Shown here: piece by piece, positions 49,492 to 62,269 of the stretch
Numbering within the stretch: position 1 is the stretch's first letter
Layout of the letters: every line of letters starts with the position of its first letter
Assembly (NCBI GenBank): GCA_002633005.1
Contig: NMRA01000807.1
Location: 1-64,000 of the forward strand
Direction: 5' to 3'
DNA: 64,000 bases
From: Phoronis australis
Taxonomy: Eukaryota > Animalia > Phoronida
Notes under the pieces: model-generated
What the model was told of the DNA's origin: nothing
Databases searched by the model: none
What the model saw: only the letters and a program-made list of their open reading frames with translations
Translations under genes and position numbers: made by a program

Positions 49492-50708
49492 CTTTTTGTC
49501 TTCTTCCTCTTCCTATTTTTGTTCTTCTTCTTATTCAACATCATCGTCATATCTTTTTCATCTTTGTCGTCTTCATTGTTTTCGTAACCAATCCCCTCTT
49601 CGGTCATTTTTGCTGCCTTCGTCATCGCAATATTGCCCTCGCAACATTTTAGCTTTGGGAGGTATTTCATCATCAGAACTATTATTATCACCTTTGTCAT
49701 CTGGAAATAGTTTTTAAAAACGCTTTCATCATTCATAGAATGACTTGCTGCGTAGGCTACATGTAGTCTGTTTAGTAGCGCATGGCAAACATCGCACAAC
49801 AGTTTCATTGATATCAAATCAATGAGTTTTAAGTTTTGACGTGTTTGTACGCATTAAAAACACGTGAAACAATTCGCACGGTTATAGTCAGCTTCATCAA
49901 GTGTAGAATTCCTAATTGATTTTCAAAGCGTCTACGATTTCTTTCTAGCAGCGAGCAATTGAATTGTTTTTTGCCAAAAATTCAACTGGTGTCATTTCCA
50001 TACAAACGATGATTCCAGAACAATGCTTCAAAGATGAGCGAGCACTTTGCATTATTTAGAATAAAATCACTGTCCCACCATCGGCATTTTATGAACATTT
50101 CCTTGAGACGCATTCTTATATTGTCTAAAAGTGCTTAAAATTACAATTCTACATACAAACACTATAAAACAACCCAACCAATCGATCAGGTGTCAAATAA
50201 ATTAGAGCACCCACAAGCACTATCTGACGATACGTTAATTAGCTGATATCGAGTGACGAGAATTGATTGGTCGATACATAAAATGTAAAATCGGGACAAC
50301 CAATCACAGCACTAGTCATCCTCCGTTGCGCTTAGTGTGAGAAGTCGTCAAAATTTGCTGTTTGTTTTCCCGTGGTTTATGGTGTAATAAAAATGACGAG
50401 GCGCTGCGTTTGTAGTGGTTGTGTTGATTTGTATTTTGCCACGCTGTGACCCTTTTTATTTTTCTGATGGATATCGGAGAAGCACGGATATGGCACAGGT
50501 TTGCACAAGAAACTCGCGTGTTGGTGGACATGACAAGCATGCGTTGGGTACAAGAAACGTTCAATTAAAGGCGTCCATCTTCTATTTCCTCGTTTTTAAG
50601 CCATTGAATTCATGATTGTAAAATGCAGTGCTGTAAAAAGAGTTCAAATGGAACTGACAATGTAATCACTCGGCCAAAGGATGTAAATGGTAGTTTTTTA
50701 AAAGCACT

Positions 50709-51170
50709 TTAAGGATATCTCGAACTTTATTCACAAAAATTGTCCGTTTACACAAGATTTCACATATGTCTTCATTCTTGTGGAACTTCAAATACGAAAT
50801 TTGGACCATGTAGCAAGAAAAAAACATTTAGCAAATCCGCCTTTTATTTGTTTATTACTTATCCAAGGTCAAAGGTTACAGAGCTGTCACTCAAATCAAA
50901 TCTCTTGCTTGGCACCTGCGCTTCCCACAATTTACAGTCATTTCTAGTTGCCATAAGATTGAGTTAACGAAGTGTACATAGCTGGGAAAGATGCCTCGGA
51001 AAATGAAGACAAGACGTATTTTGACCGTGAGTGAGTGGCACGTCTGCTTAAGTACGACTGTTGATAACATGACGAATGCACCGACTCGTTGCACGGCTTC
51101 TGGCATCACGAACAGAGCAAGTTGTGAAAAAAGACATTTCACCGGTAATCTTACGTTTCGCTGTTTCGAT
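50709..51170 (+). mobile_element. Kolobok-like left end with degenerate THAP-like start
   Basis: TTAA|ggatatctcgaactttattcacaaaaat is homologous to TTAA|ggttatctccaaccttattcacaaaaat at 62266, with a shorter match at 21227. PTRCTASGITNR...LTFRCF occurs near 51081. Confidence 0.55.
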
Positions 51171-51616
51171 CTCGTACCCATGGCGCGCTTTAACCTCAGA
51201 TACTCGGTTTCTATTCTCCATTTCGTAGATGGTGTTGTGTACTACAGTGTACTGTTGACCTACTTTAATAGATCAAGAGTTAAACTCCTCCCCTGTTCGA
51301 CCTAGTTTCACTCGATATATTGCAGCCCGACTTTCAAAATTGATGATAATTAAGTTAATTACGGACTGCCAATTCACTTGACATGACGAGTGAATGTTGA
51401 GATAGCCAAATAACCAATAGTACATGTAGGTTTTTTTTTATTAAAACAGGTTTTTACCCAACGGATGTCAATTTTCTCCCATAATTTGACATCCAAACTT
51501 CGCCGACCAATCAGCTCCGTGGCAGCCATTATGCTAGTCTTCATCAGAAAGGCTTCGACGTTACTCGCGAAACACTCGCCTGTACTCGGGTAGTCTTGCG
51601 TGATCTCGCTTTTCTC

Positions 51617-51780
51617 GAGGATGCTAGAAAAAGTGTTAGGGAGGATGCTAGAAAAAGTGTTGGGTGACTGACAATAAACTGGCATAGGAAGCACTCTACA
51701 ATAAACTGGCATAGGAAGCACTCTACAATAAATTGGCATAGGAAGCACTCTACAATAAACTGGCATAGGAAGCACTCTAT
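51617..51780. repeat. Compound minisatellite: 24-bp unit x2, then 27-bp unit x4
   Basis: gaggatgctagaaaaagtgtt twice, then acaataaactggcataggaagcactct four times. Confidence 0.9.
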
Positions 51781-54234
51781 AATCCCACAAAAGCTGTCGA
51801 GCAGTGGTGTGGGTATCCTTTGAACCCCACCTTCTTCCGCTCCAGGTTTATCCTGTTTTTACATGACGTTGTTCACCCAGTCTCGTTTAGATATTTTCAG
51901 GTCGTAATGTCTTAAAAGTGCCAATACGATGTTTTCTAGACAAGTAGTCCCTTTTTAGCATTGGAACCATTGAGTAGAATAATCCTTGGGGATTGTTGAG
52001 TAGACCAATCCCTGGAGTCTACGTTTGTGCAGCCTAGTCAGCGTTTCTGACTTAGTTGACTATAGCTGCTGAATTTTGTGCCCTACTCAAAGTTAAAAAA
52101 GTTTTGAACCCAAAAATACTCTCTTGGCAACAAAGTCCATCACTGGGCCCATAGAAAGTATCAAGGTCGATACAGAATTCCAATTCTTGATAGTACATGT
52201 AGTGCATCATATTTCTTATTGAAGCCAGTCCTGTGTGGAATTTATTAAAACGGGACCTCGTTATTAATTGCGTTTAAGCTAGTCATCAGTTGTTCATGTT
52301 CGTTATTTCGTCATTTATTCGTATTTATTGAATCAATTCACCTATATTTTTCACTCAGCAATTAAGAACAATGACCAATCAACGATTTATCACAGTTATT
52401 TGTCAATCTTCTCGTTAAAATTAGACTTGACAGTAAGGAATTAAGAATTTCTCTTCACTTTGGTTTTCAGAAATGACGTCGAGTGAGTTGTTAAAAACAT
52501 GCAGTCAGAATAAGGGAAACCTTTTAGATCGTTTGGATCAAGACATTCCCAATTGCTATCAGGTACAGATGTACTGTGCATGAAATACTTCAAATGTATC
52601 GTATATGCGCCTACTTAGGACAATACACTTGTTTTTTGTTTTCCAAAAGTTTTAGTGCTCGAGCAATTCGTGTGGCGAGCTGCATGCGCTCAAAGTTTAC
52701 TTGCAGGCGCAGGAGGATATCACGTGTTTTGGGTTTTCATTCGTAGTATGTTTCAAATTGTAATTTATCTTACACATCAATATTTATCGGATTAATTATC
52801 CCCACTCGCTAACTTCTAAAAAAAATAATGTTACTTGGCGCTTCTCATATGGGCGCATGCGCATAGTTTTAAGTAAAGGCACGACTTCACGTAGCTATTC
52901 ACGGATGTAAATGCACACACATCTGATAAGCGTTTTTGCATTCTACTTTGTCAAAGCATTTTATCAATTGTTGAAAGCACGTGATTTCATGCCGAATTGA
53001 CATAAATATTCGTAGGCGGGTTCTTGAGATATCGATATGCGTTAGGAAAGTAAAGTTTTTTTTTTGTATTTTGTTTGTAACATTGATTACCGAGTGTAAA
53101 TATTGTAGGCGTCATGATGTTTTATTCCTCAGATAATTGTGTGTCAATCCACGTATCGTTTCACATCAGAATAGTCAAGAATAAACATAACGCAGCAAAT
53201 ATTCGGTATAATAGCGAAACACACAGGGTAAATAATTTGCTACCAAAGTTTTGCCAGGTAGCCAATTAGGTGGATTTTTCTAGTTCTATAGGTAGCTAAC
53301 TAGAGGCCAGTTCTATTACACTCTTTGGCATTCTCATTTACGTGCATGGAAATTTACCAAATTCTGTACACAGATGAAATTAAAACGAGAAAAACTCTAG
53401 ATGATGTCCATATGGCTTCACTGAATATATTATTTACACAATTTAGTTGCGAAGTCTTGGAAACAGAAAAATTTGCCAATTCATCGACCCACCAACAAAC
53501 AAATGCTACCATCTGATTTCACCCACTTCGTCTCGTCGGTGAATGAAAAAGTGCACATCGAATTGTTCGAGTCTCATCAATTTATAACGCGAGGTTCTGC
53601 ACAAGTCGATACAGGTTGATATTTTTTCAGCAATTTGAGCTCAACAACAAGCACACCTAATGTTGAAAGGTTGATAAGTGAGGCAATTGAAACGGAAACC
53701 GTGTAATGTGACTTTGTTATAGCATGATCCATTATTTTTAAATAAGTATACGTCACGCGTGATGTTTAACGTCAGCTGAAAACTAGTTAGTTATCTTGAG
53801 AACCATTTTTACTGGTTAGAATCCGAAACATCTCGTGTTTTATAGCAGCCTCGAACGTCGTCTACTCAGTTATTCTCTAATTTGGAAGTCACATCACTTA
53901 TACCCATGACATAAGTCGGCACAAGTGCAAACAACGTTTCACTTGAGTTGAAAATTTGAGAAAATTAGGTGTTTCGGATTACCTTGGGTATTTTTGTAAC
54001 CTCGACTTTCACTTAGGAAGTGTTACAGTAATGCCAAATTCAATTTCTTAGGAGTGCAACTGCCGCGGCATCAGCCTACAGTGTACCTGCACAACGCCGA
54101 TGATCCCCCTTTTTAAAAACTCCAATCTGAATAAGGCCTCCAGGATTACACAACGATAGAAGTGAGACTCCTTTGTCCTGGAGGTAAGAATGAGCATTGT
54201 TTTCAATGATTTTGTTTAGGAATGTCACGCATAT

Positions 54235-55447
54235 TTGCTCTGCGCGTGTAGGCACAGAGTACTGTTGTTCCTGGGTTTTCTTCAAAATATTCTTATTCTT
54301 ATTCTTATTCTTATTACTCTGCGCGTGTAAGCGCAGAGTACTGTTGTTCCTGGGTTTTCTTCAATTTTAGTCTTCTTCTTCTTCTTATTCTTCTTCAGAC
54401 CAACTTTGAGGCTTAATAACTCCAAATTGGATGCAGGTACGGTCTTTAAATTCAGCATATGACTTTTGACAGTATATAAATTTTTATAGGTTTTATAATC
54501 ATATTCCATATTGCACCGGAAGAGGTCAATTAGTGGAAAGGTCATCACAAAATTAATATGTAATTTCTCCTACAATTTTAAAGAATTCCTTTTCATATTG
54601 GTAAACGGGTTGCTGTCAGAAACTTCCCATAATAATTCCAGTAATACGCACGCGCAGAGTCCGTTATTGTCACGGCGTGACAATAATCTTTCTAGTTCTT
54701 CTTATTCTTCTTCCGACCAACTTTGAGGCTTAATAACTCCAAATTGGGTGCACGTACGGTCTTTAAATTCAGCATATGACTTTTGACAGTACATGAATTT
54801 TGATTGGTTATATAATCATATTCCATATTGCACCGGAAAAGGTCGTTTGGTGCAAAGGTCATATATTTTTCAAAATGCTACTTCTAATTCAGTTTTAAAG
54901 CTATCTTTTTCAAATTCGGTGCACAGGTATAAGTCAACATGACAATTTGAAAATTACTTTTCTAAGTAATCGGGTCGTCCAATCAGGTGAAATAGGTCAA
55001 AGGTCATTGAGTGCAAACTAAAATTTTGAGCTAGAGACTTCAGAATTACGTATCTGTTTACTAAGTAAGATTGAGTTTGAATTCTAAATTTTCAGTTCAA
55101 TTGGTTCTCCCATGGGGTCATTAGGTGCATTTTTCTTCTGAAAGTTTGACCACTTCATTCATCTTATATTCTGAAGTGCTTAAAGTAAAACATCTGTAAT
55201 TATTAGCATTAAACACACTTTTAATCGAGTTAACAATTACTCCCTCATCGGGGCCCATAATGCACCGGAAGAGTTCAATTAGTGGAAAGGTCATCAAAAA
55301 ATTAATATGCAATTTCTCCTACAATTTTAAAGAATTCCTTTTCATATTGGTAAACGGGTTGCTGTCAGAAACTTCCCATAATAATTCCAGTAATACGCAC
55401 GCGCAGAGTCCGTTATTGTCACGCCGTGACAATAATCTTTCTAGTTT
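54235..55447 (+). mobile_element. Tandem Helentron-associated HINE, second family
   Basis: The 5' end is actctgcgcgtgtaagcgcagagt (subTIR plus inverted copy), followed by a (TTC)n tract. The 3' end acgcgcagagt + hairpin ttattgtcacg(g/c)cgtgacaataa + tctttctagtt occurs at 54650-54697 and 55399-55447. Confidence 0.8.
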
Positions 55448-56568
55448 TACATGTCAAGTCAGAAGCCTTCGAGGTACATGGAAATATTTCCGATTTCAAC
55501 TGTTTTAAAACAAGTACCAGCAAAGACATTTGTCAAGTTTATGTACCTTTCTCCTATCGGAGTTGCAGCCTACACAAAATGGACAATAAAAAACCGCCAC
55601 AAGAGATGCTGAAAACATTTCATGCCCATTGATTTTTGAAGCCTGCGGCGTTGCGCTTTTCCACTTCATTGAAAACTGTGAGGCCTAACTAAAAATTTGT
55701 CTATAATTCTACCCATGACTCAAGTAATTTACTTCTGCAGGAGCGCCTAGTTTCCTTTTCACCATGGCTTCCACTGAAACTGAGAGAAAGGTTACAGACA
55801 GAGCAAACGTTGCGAAATTGTTATAAAACTGTCCGTCGCTCATGGCTCGTGTCTGCAATTGGTGATTTTGGGTTGCGTGGCTTTTGTCTAAGGTTCTTGA
55901 CTTGTGCCACTTCCGTAGATTTCAGAGATAGTGTATGTGTGTGTGGACCTGTAGCTACTGCGAGGCTATAAGTTGGGACGTCAGTGATGGAAATGTTGCT
56001 AATCGATTATTTGAGGCGGTGTTATTGATGGAAAACCCGAAAATGATGATAGTAGAGTGTGATTAGAAGATTGATAAAGAAATTTGGAAACAAGACAATT
56101 TAAGCAAGGTGTCAATGGACAGAAGGATTAAGGATTTCGATGATTGCTCTCCACCAGCGAAAATGCAATTTTCGTTTAGTACCTTCAATACCCATAGCCG
56201 AACTTTCGCCAACACTCTTAAGAATAGGCAGGTCTTCGGAAATCTTCTTTCAGAGTTATTTTTCATAATATCGTTTTGAGTTATTAAAGATTTATGGCCA
56301 TTTACTGTAGTGACATTATATACAATGTCCAGTTACCGTATAACAAGTTACTCCTAAAATGAGTGGTCGTTTTGTAGTAGTATGTATACTACCCAACAAG
56401 GACATAATTCAGTACCCTCATCACTATAAATTTCTTTTACATTCAATGCCGCTGGTTAACGGCACAATATTTGACTGTTGGCGTATTTGACAATGCTGGT
56501 TCTAGTTCATGTAAATGCGCAGTTCTTTACTCAGTGATGCCGTAAATACTCCAATCATGTTCTTTCAG

Positions 56569-56599
56569 ATCACGAAGAACATTTCTGGTAACTCTGAAG
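56569..56599 (+). other. Candidate 31-nt non-coding exon upstream of the 61586 gene
   Basis: tgttctttcag|atcacg...tctgaag|gtaagt. The only support is strong acceptor and donor consensus. Confidence 0.35.
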
Positions 56600-59500
56600 G
56601 TAAGTTTCATCCCCTCAAGGTGCGAGTCAAATCGTATTATGTCGTGTAAATATCAATAACTGCGCATACGCATAACGTTCTTCCACACTCTTTTCGTGAT
56701 TGGTCGGTCACTTACCGACACAGCCGTTTACGAATTTCGCCAACTCGCCGTTCCGCACAGCTGACGTTTGATTTGTGCAAACAATCATTTTGTTTGCCAA
56801 GCCTGTTGTTCCAGATTGCAGTTTATTTCAACAAAATATTCCATAACTCAAACAAAATTAAAAATCAGTCATTACCACAGGTGCAGGCCATGTTGACTTA
56901 CGTTTATGTTTGTTCTTTGGATTGGAATATTATTCTGCAAGGCTCGTTAGCCGCGTAATAGCTACAATCGCTGCAAATAAGAAGCGCTTTTATAAAAAGC
57001 GAACTGACGTAGTATTAAAGAATATTCGTTAGTCGGGTAATTTATTGGTCGTCTAAAGGTTATCGAGAACCGTGCTTGATTCAGATTGAAGGAACGAAAA
57101 CGCGTCAGGAACGGTTGAGTAACGAGCACAGTGACTTCTATGGCTTCGTCGAGATGCTGTGCCGTTTTTCTTTGTATTCACCATTGGGAACATGGCTTCG
57201 TGCTGGCCAGTGAAAGTGAGTGTACAACTTACGTGTATGTAAAATTTGACCTGATGGATAAGACTGAAGGAAAGTTTGAGGGAATATCAATTTCTTATAA
57301 CTGAGTTGGTCAACTCTCCCGACCGTTGTGTATCATTTACAGTTTTTCCTCGTGAATTTTGTTAAGGCAACGAAACGTAAAAATCCGTACGATTTTGAAC
57401 ACTTGTCACAAAAAGTTGCGTTGAGTTCATCAACACATTACTATAGGAGTCCACGAGTCAAAAATTCACATATAAAGGTTTGACATCAACTACACCACTA
57501 GCCAAGAGTAAGGTGTTATCTTTAATTCGGTGTACTACATTAGATCGGGTAAGTTCAGTACACCTCTGACTGCATGACTTGCTCCTTTAAACATTTGCTC
57601 TCATGAAAGTTACTTAAGTCTTGAGACAGAAATTCGGTGTCTCACTAACACTTCACAATTGCTAAATAAGTTTGAGCGCATCACACTCTAAGAATAATAA
57701 TAATAATTATCTCAGTAACTAGCTGTTATGTGAGAGTTATTCTGAAATATTTTGTACAGAAAGCAGTTCATTCCTTAATGGTTGTCTTGTTCTGTTTAAA
57801 TCATTAAAACTGATGGAGCGCGGAGATATCACCGATAGTACCTCAAATCCGCTTCTTAAATCCTATCTGAAGTTATTGGATGCTGAAAAGGTTAACTAAT
57901 TAGACTACATTTCCCTGTCTTAGCATGGGTTGCACACGTGTCAACGCGGGTGATTTTACACGCAGTCATGTGAGGCATATTAGGCGAAGGGAAAACATGA
58001 AATGACGTCTACAACAAATAGTAGAGACGCTTTTTCTTTACAAAACCTATTCAACGTAACAGTCCTGTTCTACAATAGGGTCCTGATAGGAAAAACATGA
58101 AGTATCATAAATCTGACTAACAAAATTGTTTTAGAAAAAATAAAATTGAAATACACAGTAAGATTAACGTACATTTCGCTCTGTTTTGCGACTTAAAAAA
58201 ACAGAAATCTAAGTAGGCCTTTTACTCCCATAAAATCACTCTATAATTTTTGTTACCGTAATATGATTCTATTCCCGTTACCATCAAGAACACCGAAACC
58301 ATCAGCGACTCAAGATGGCGCTTCACAGTTCCTCTTGGGATTAGCCAACCCTAAAGTTGTGAACGTAAGTATTGCATGTGATTTGAGTTGCTAACGAAAA
58401 AAGAATCGATGACCGATTTTATGAGAATAAAAAGTCTAATCTGATTTTCGTTATTCAGCTAATTAAACAAGGCCAAATGAGGCTTGAACAACAAAACTGA
58501 GACAACACAGTAAGAGACTATATAATTAAACATTACACAGGTACCTGGATTTAAAGATACCTATAACTTTTCTGTGACGGACATCAGACTAGAGGAGATG
58601 CCATAGCATGGTACCAGACTTGCAGAATTGACGTTAGCCGAAATGCAGTAGCAGTGTTGAAGACCGTGACAACAATGATGAAGTATGCGATGAAGTGTGT
58701 GAGCAATGATGGCGATGGGTGATGATGACGGTTATGTAGAATTGTAGAGCCAAGGCAACAATGTCCAATCAAGCCACATACAGATTTTGGTTATGTGGCA
58801 TGAAAAATCAAAACAAGATAAGTTTGGTTGTTGCACAACGCCAAATCTATTGTTCAACCATAGCAACGTGATAAAGCTGCTATCCAGCGTATAAACTTTC
58901 AAGCAACCGGGCACAGGAAACTGTGTCTAGAAGAATATTTTGTCTTTTGGCATTTAGATAGAAATCCGTCTACAAATGCCTGTTTCACTTAATCAGACTA
59001 ACGCTAAGTCAAAAAATCTATCTACAACTCGAAGCCAAAAGACAGAAATTCGTAGCGTGCTTGGGAACAAACTAAAAGCCAAAGCCAAAAGAAAAAAGGA
59101 TAAAAAATTTCAGATTTGACACTACTTTGTACTAAGTTTTGTCCGTATGGTACAAGATATTTCCATGTTATAACTAGTGAGCCTTCTCTGGTAGAGATAC
59201 TCTCCCTGTGTGACATCAGATGTCAAAACATACCGTTTGACATCCGATTCTTACGGAGCTCACCACTGGAAACTATCATAAACATTGGAGAACGGGGCAG
59301 CGATGAATTCTTCACAGAATCTTCTTGGTGTTTAAAAACGTGCTTGACTGATCTTGAATTGTAGCCTAATGAGTCGACAATTCAAGACACAGTCAATGCG
59401 TACATGTTCCATTTTAATTTCAATTTCAAGATCGCCCAACCTCAACAAACGCGGTTATTCTTCCAACGCGCACTTCGCAACAAAACAGTTGTTGAGGTCT

Positions 59501-60799
59501 CTGACTCCATTTCAGTCAACTTTGACAGCCAGCCTTTCTTAGAAATCGGTTATTTGTAATAAAGTCCCAAAAACGCAACGGATTTTACTGTTTTATAGTT
59601 CTGGTCAAAGCTAATAACTTCAAACAACCAAAATCTATCCAAACTAACCCCCAGTTTAGATGCATTCATTCTCTTCATAAACCATATCATTTGGTTCATT
59701 CAGTAATTGCTTTAACTTTTAGAAATTGGAAAATGTCGTAGTTTGCTTGTCCGAATTAGTATCCTGCACAAGTGCTGCGATACGCAGATTTTAAACTGAT
59801 GACGAAGCTTTTACTGGAAAAAATAGATATAAACTCTACCACACGAGATCATATATCTGTTTTTAAAACAAGGTTTAGCAACTGACAATAAATGCTGGCT
59901 ATGTTCATCGAATAACTGAATGTTGTTGACTAAATAATTTCATTACAATGGTGAGTCAAATATCAGGCGAATTTCATAAGACATAACTGATTACTTAAAG
60001 AGGCCTGGAACGCAAAAACAGACTTAATTGCATAAGTCAAAGTCGATCTCTGCCACTGAAACAGAGTCCAACCTGTTCCCCAAATATTTTTTTACAATTT
60101 GTTCGTAAAATTTTTGAATTTCTGTAGATGTCAGAAGATTTTTCTTTGAGTTTCGAATTTCGAAAAAGATCTGTCAACTGCTCGTCATTTCATCGATTTT
60201 ACTCCCACAAGGCAAAGTATGTCCCCTTATTTGGTATGGTAGCACTTATCCCTTATACGGGAAATGTGACCTTTGACCTTTGACCAAAACGATGGTGATT
60301 ACAAGCAGCAGGGAGCTCGATTAAGAGGAAATTTATATAAGTTCTAAGCGTTTAAAATTAGAGGGGTATCGTAGTATTCAAATATATTCTAAAATGCATT
60401 TAGAATTCTTCCTGGGAAATTGCTTCCTCCACTGGCTTGCCTCATACTGTGCTGGCATGACAAGCTCCCGTTTAATATATCCATCTTGTCAGACAGCTGT
60501 TTGTCAAATAACTGTCAGCGCATATGCGCATATATCACAAGTGGGAAGGAGATTAAAAACTCTGTGGTGACTACAGAGTTTTTCCTTAGCTCGTATTTCA
60601 AAAATCGTGAATTTGGTGATTTTTTTCCTGAAAATACCCTCACAAGGGAAAGACTCTGTAGTAGACGTTGCTAGATGGTACTTTTAGTCGTCAGGAGTTG
60701 TGTTAAAATACATCTTGACGAGCTTTTCCGTTGAACGTTGTCGACCGTCAATGGCTGCATGCAAACATCCTCAGAATGATGGTTAAGTGGAATTACAGT

Positions 60800-61200
60800 T
60801 ATGTAATGACGTTCCCGTCTTGGGCCACGTAATATGACGACCAGTATCATTTTGACACTAATTCAGTCAATCATATGGTTGTGGATACCACAGTGGTCTA
60901 TGACGTCCGATTTCTTGACGGAGTTCCGGGCTAACTACCGCTACAAACGTGTGAAGTGAGCCTATTCCTGCTTGTCTGCATACTGGCTGTGTTCGTGCAG
61001 ACGAGTACCGAACCGACGTGCGGTTTCAGCAATATACACCAGGTGTGTGTTGCCGCATGGAACGCACTGGATACGCGAAAACCTATTTTTAGGAAAGAAG
61101 GCGACATGGTCATGGATCGTGATGTAGGTCAGTGCCATCTTTCTGACATTTGTGACATCGTATCACGAGGCCCCAGGCAAAAACTTCATCACATGACTGC
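60800..61200 (-). mobile_element. Old Penelope-like GIY-YIG endonuclease relic (third family)
   Basis: Minus frame with stops: IQCVPCGNTHLVYIAETARRFGTRLHEH...HFTR...KSDVIDHCGIHNHMID*ISVKMI. Confidence 0.75.
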
Positions 61201-61585
61201 AAGTCCATCTAACATTCATTTTGCGGATGACAACAGCCATTGTGTCTCATGAAGTTCGCCTGATACTCAATATTGCTTTTTGTATATAACAAAAGAACTT
61301 GGCGATTTCTATATTTTGCCTACATTGGGTATAATCATTGGGTGCAGCTGATTGATTTCGCCGGGTGCGTCAACTAGCTACTCATATTTTTGGTTCTCGA
61401 TGACGACTTCAGGCTTTTAAACCAATCAGATGTCTCAGCCAATTGACAGTGCGAAGTCAATCAAGAGTAACCAATGTCTCACATTACAACTTTGTAAGAT
61501 ACTGCAGTTATCCAATGACATTCTTGCCCTGACGTCATGTTTTCTTTTCTGTTAATTTCAGTTCAGATAACGAGTAATCCTTGCA

Positions 61586-62133
61586 ATGATGAAGTTCCGT
61601 CAGCGTTTCATGATACTTGCTTTCACGGGAGTATTCTCCGTAATCGTCATTATTGTTATTAACGTGACTTTATTCAGCAATAACTCCGACAAGAGAGAAT
61701 TCCTTCACGGATTACCTTTCAAGAAGTCTGTTGGTAGTCGTCTATTTTCTCACTCAAGTGCTGGAGGTCACTTGAATATCATGCGCAAAGACTTAGACAC
61801 GAGTAATTTTGTCGAAGACAGTGGGAACAGGATATCAGATGGAATAATATCGAACATGGAGAAGAATGCGGATGGACATGGTCAGATATATATTAGATTT
61901 GTCACCAGCCTTCCCACGGAAGACGTTTTTGAAAATTCCCAAAGGACCCACTATATTCCAAGACATAGTTCCTTGCAAAAAGACAGAGTCTTAGACTTGC
62001 AGCTTGATAGACATTTCCATAATTATCATCAAATGACAGAGGATGTTATCAGGAAAAAAATAGCAACTTACAGGAAGAAGGCTAGGCATGGTGGAAAAAA
62101 ATTGAATGTCATTTCATTGGAAGAACTCGGCAG
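61586..62133 (+). CDS. First coding exon of a type II membrane or secretory-pathway protein; N-terminus resembles FAM20-family Golgi kinases
   Basis: Acceptor ttttcttttctgttaatttcag ends at 61561. MMKFRQRF is followed by a hydrophobic anchor and a long polar stem. Donor cag|gtatgt lies at 62133/62134. No catalytic domain is in the window, so the family call is tentative. Confidence 0.7.
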
Positions 62134-62269
62134 GTATGTGAAGACCAAACATTGGGAATACAGGGTGCGGAAAAACATATTTAAAACGGCCATAATTAAC
62201 AGTTTTACAAATTGTAGTAGTCGTTTAGCACGCGTGTTTCAGATTTTTCAAATCGCCGTTTTCAGTTAA

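Noticed and set aside
49347-49817. Poly-Asp and poly-Ile ORFs
   Set aside because: They arise from the (ATC)n microsatellite and adjacent low-complexity sequence.
51374-51790. ORF with RVLPMPVYC repeats
   Set aside because: It is a translation of the 27-bp and 24-bp minisatellites.
62134-62269. C-terminal part of the 227-aa ORF
   Set aside because: It follows a strong donor (cag|gtatgt) and stops at the TTAA of a transposon end, so it is probably intron read-through.
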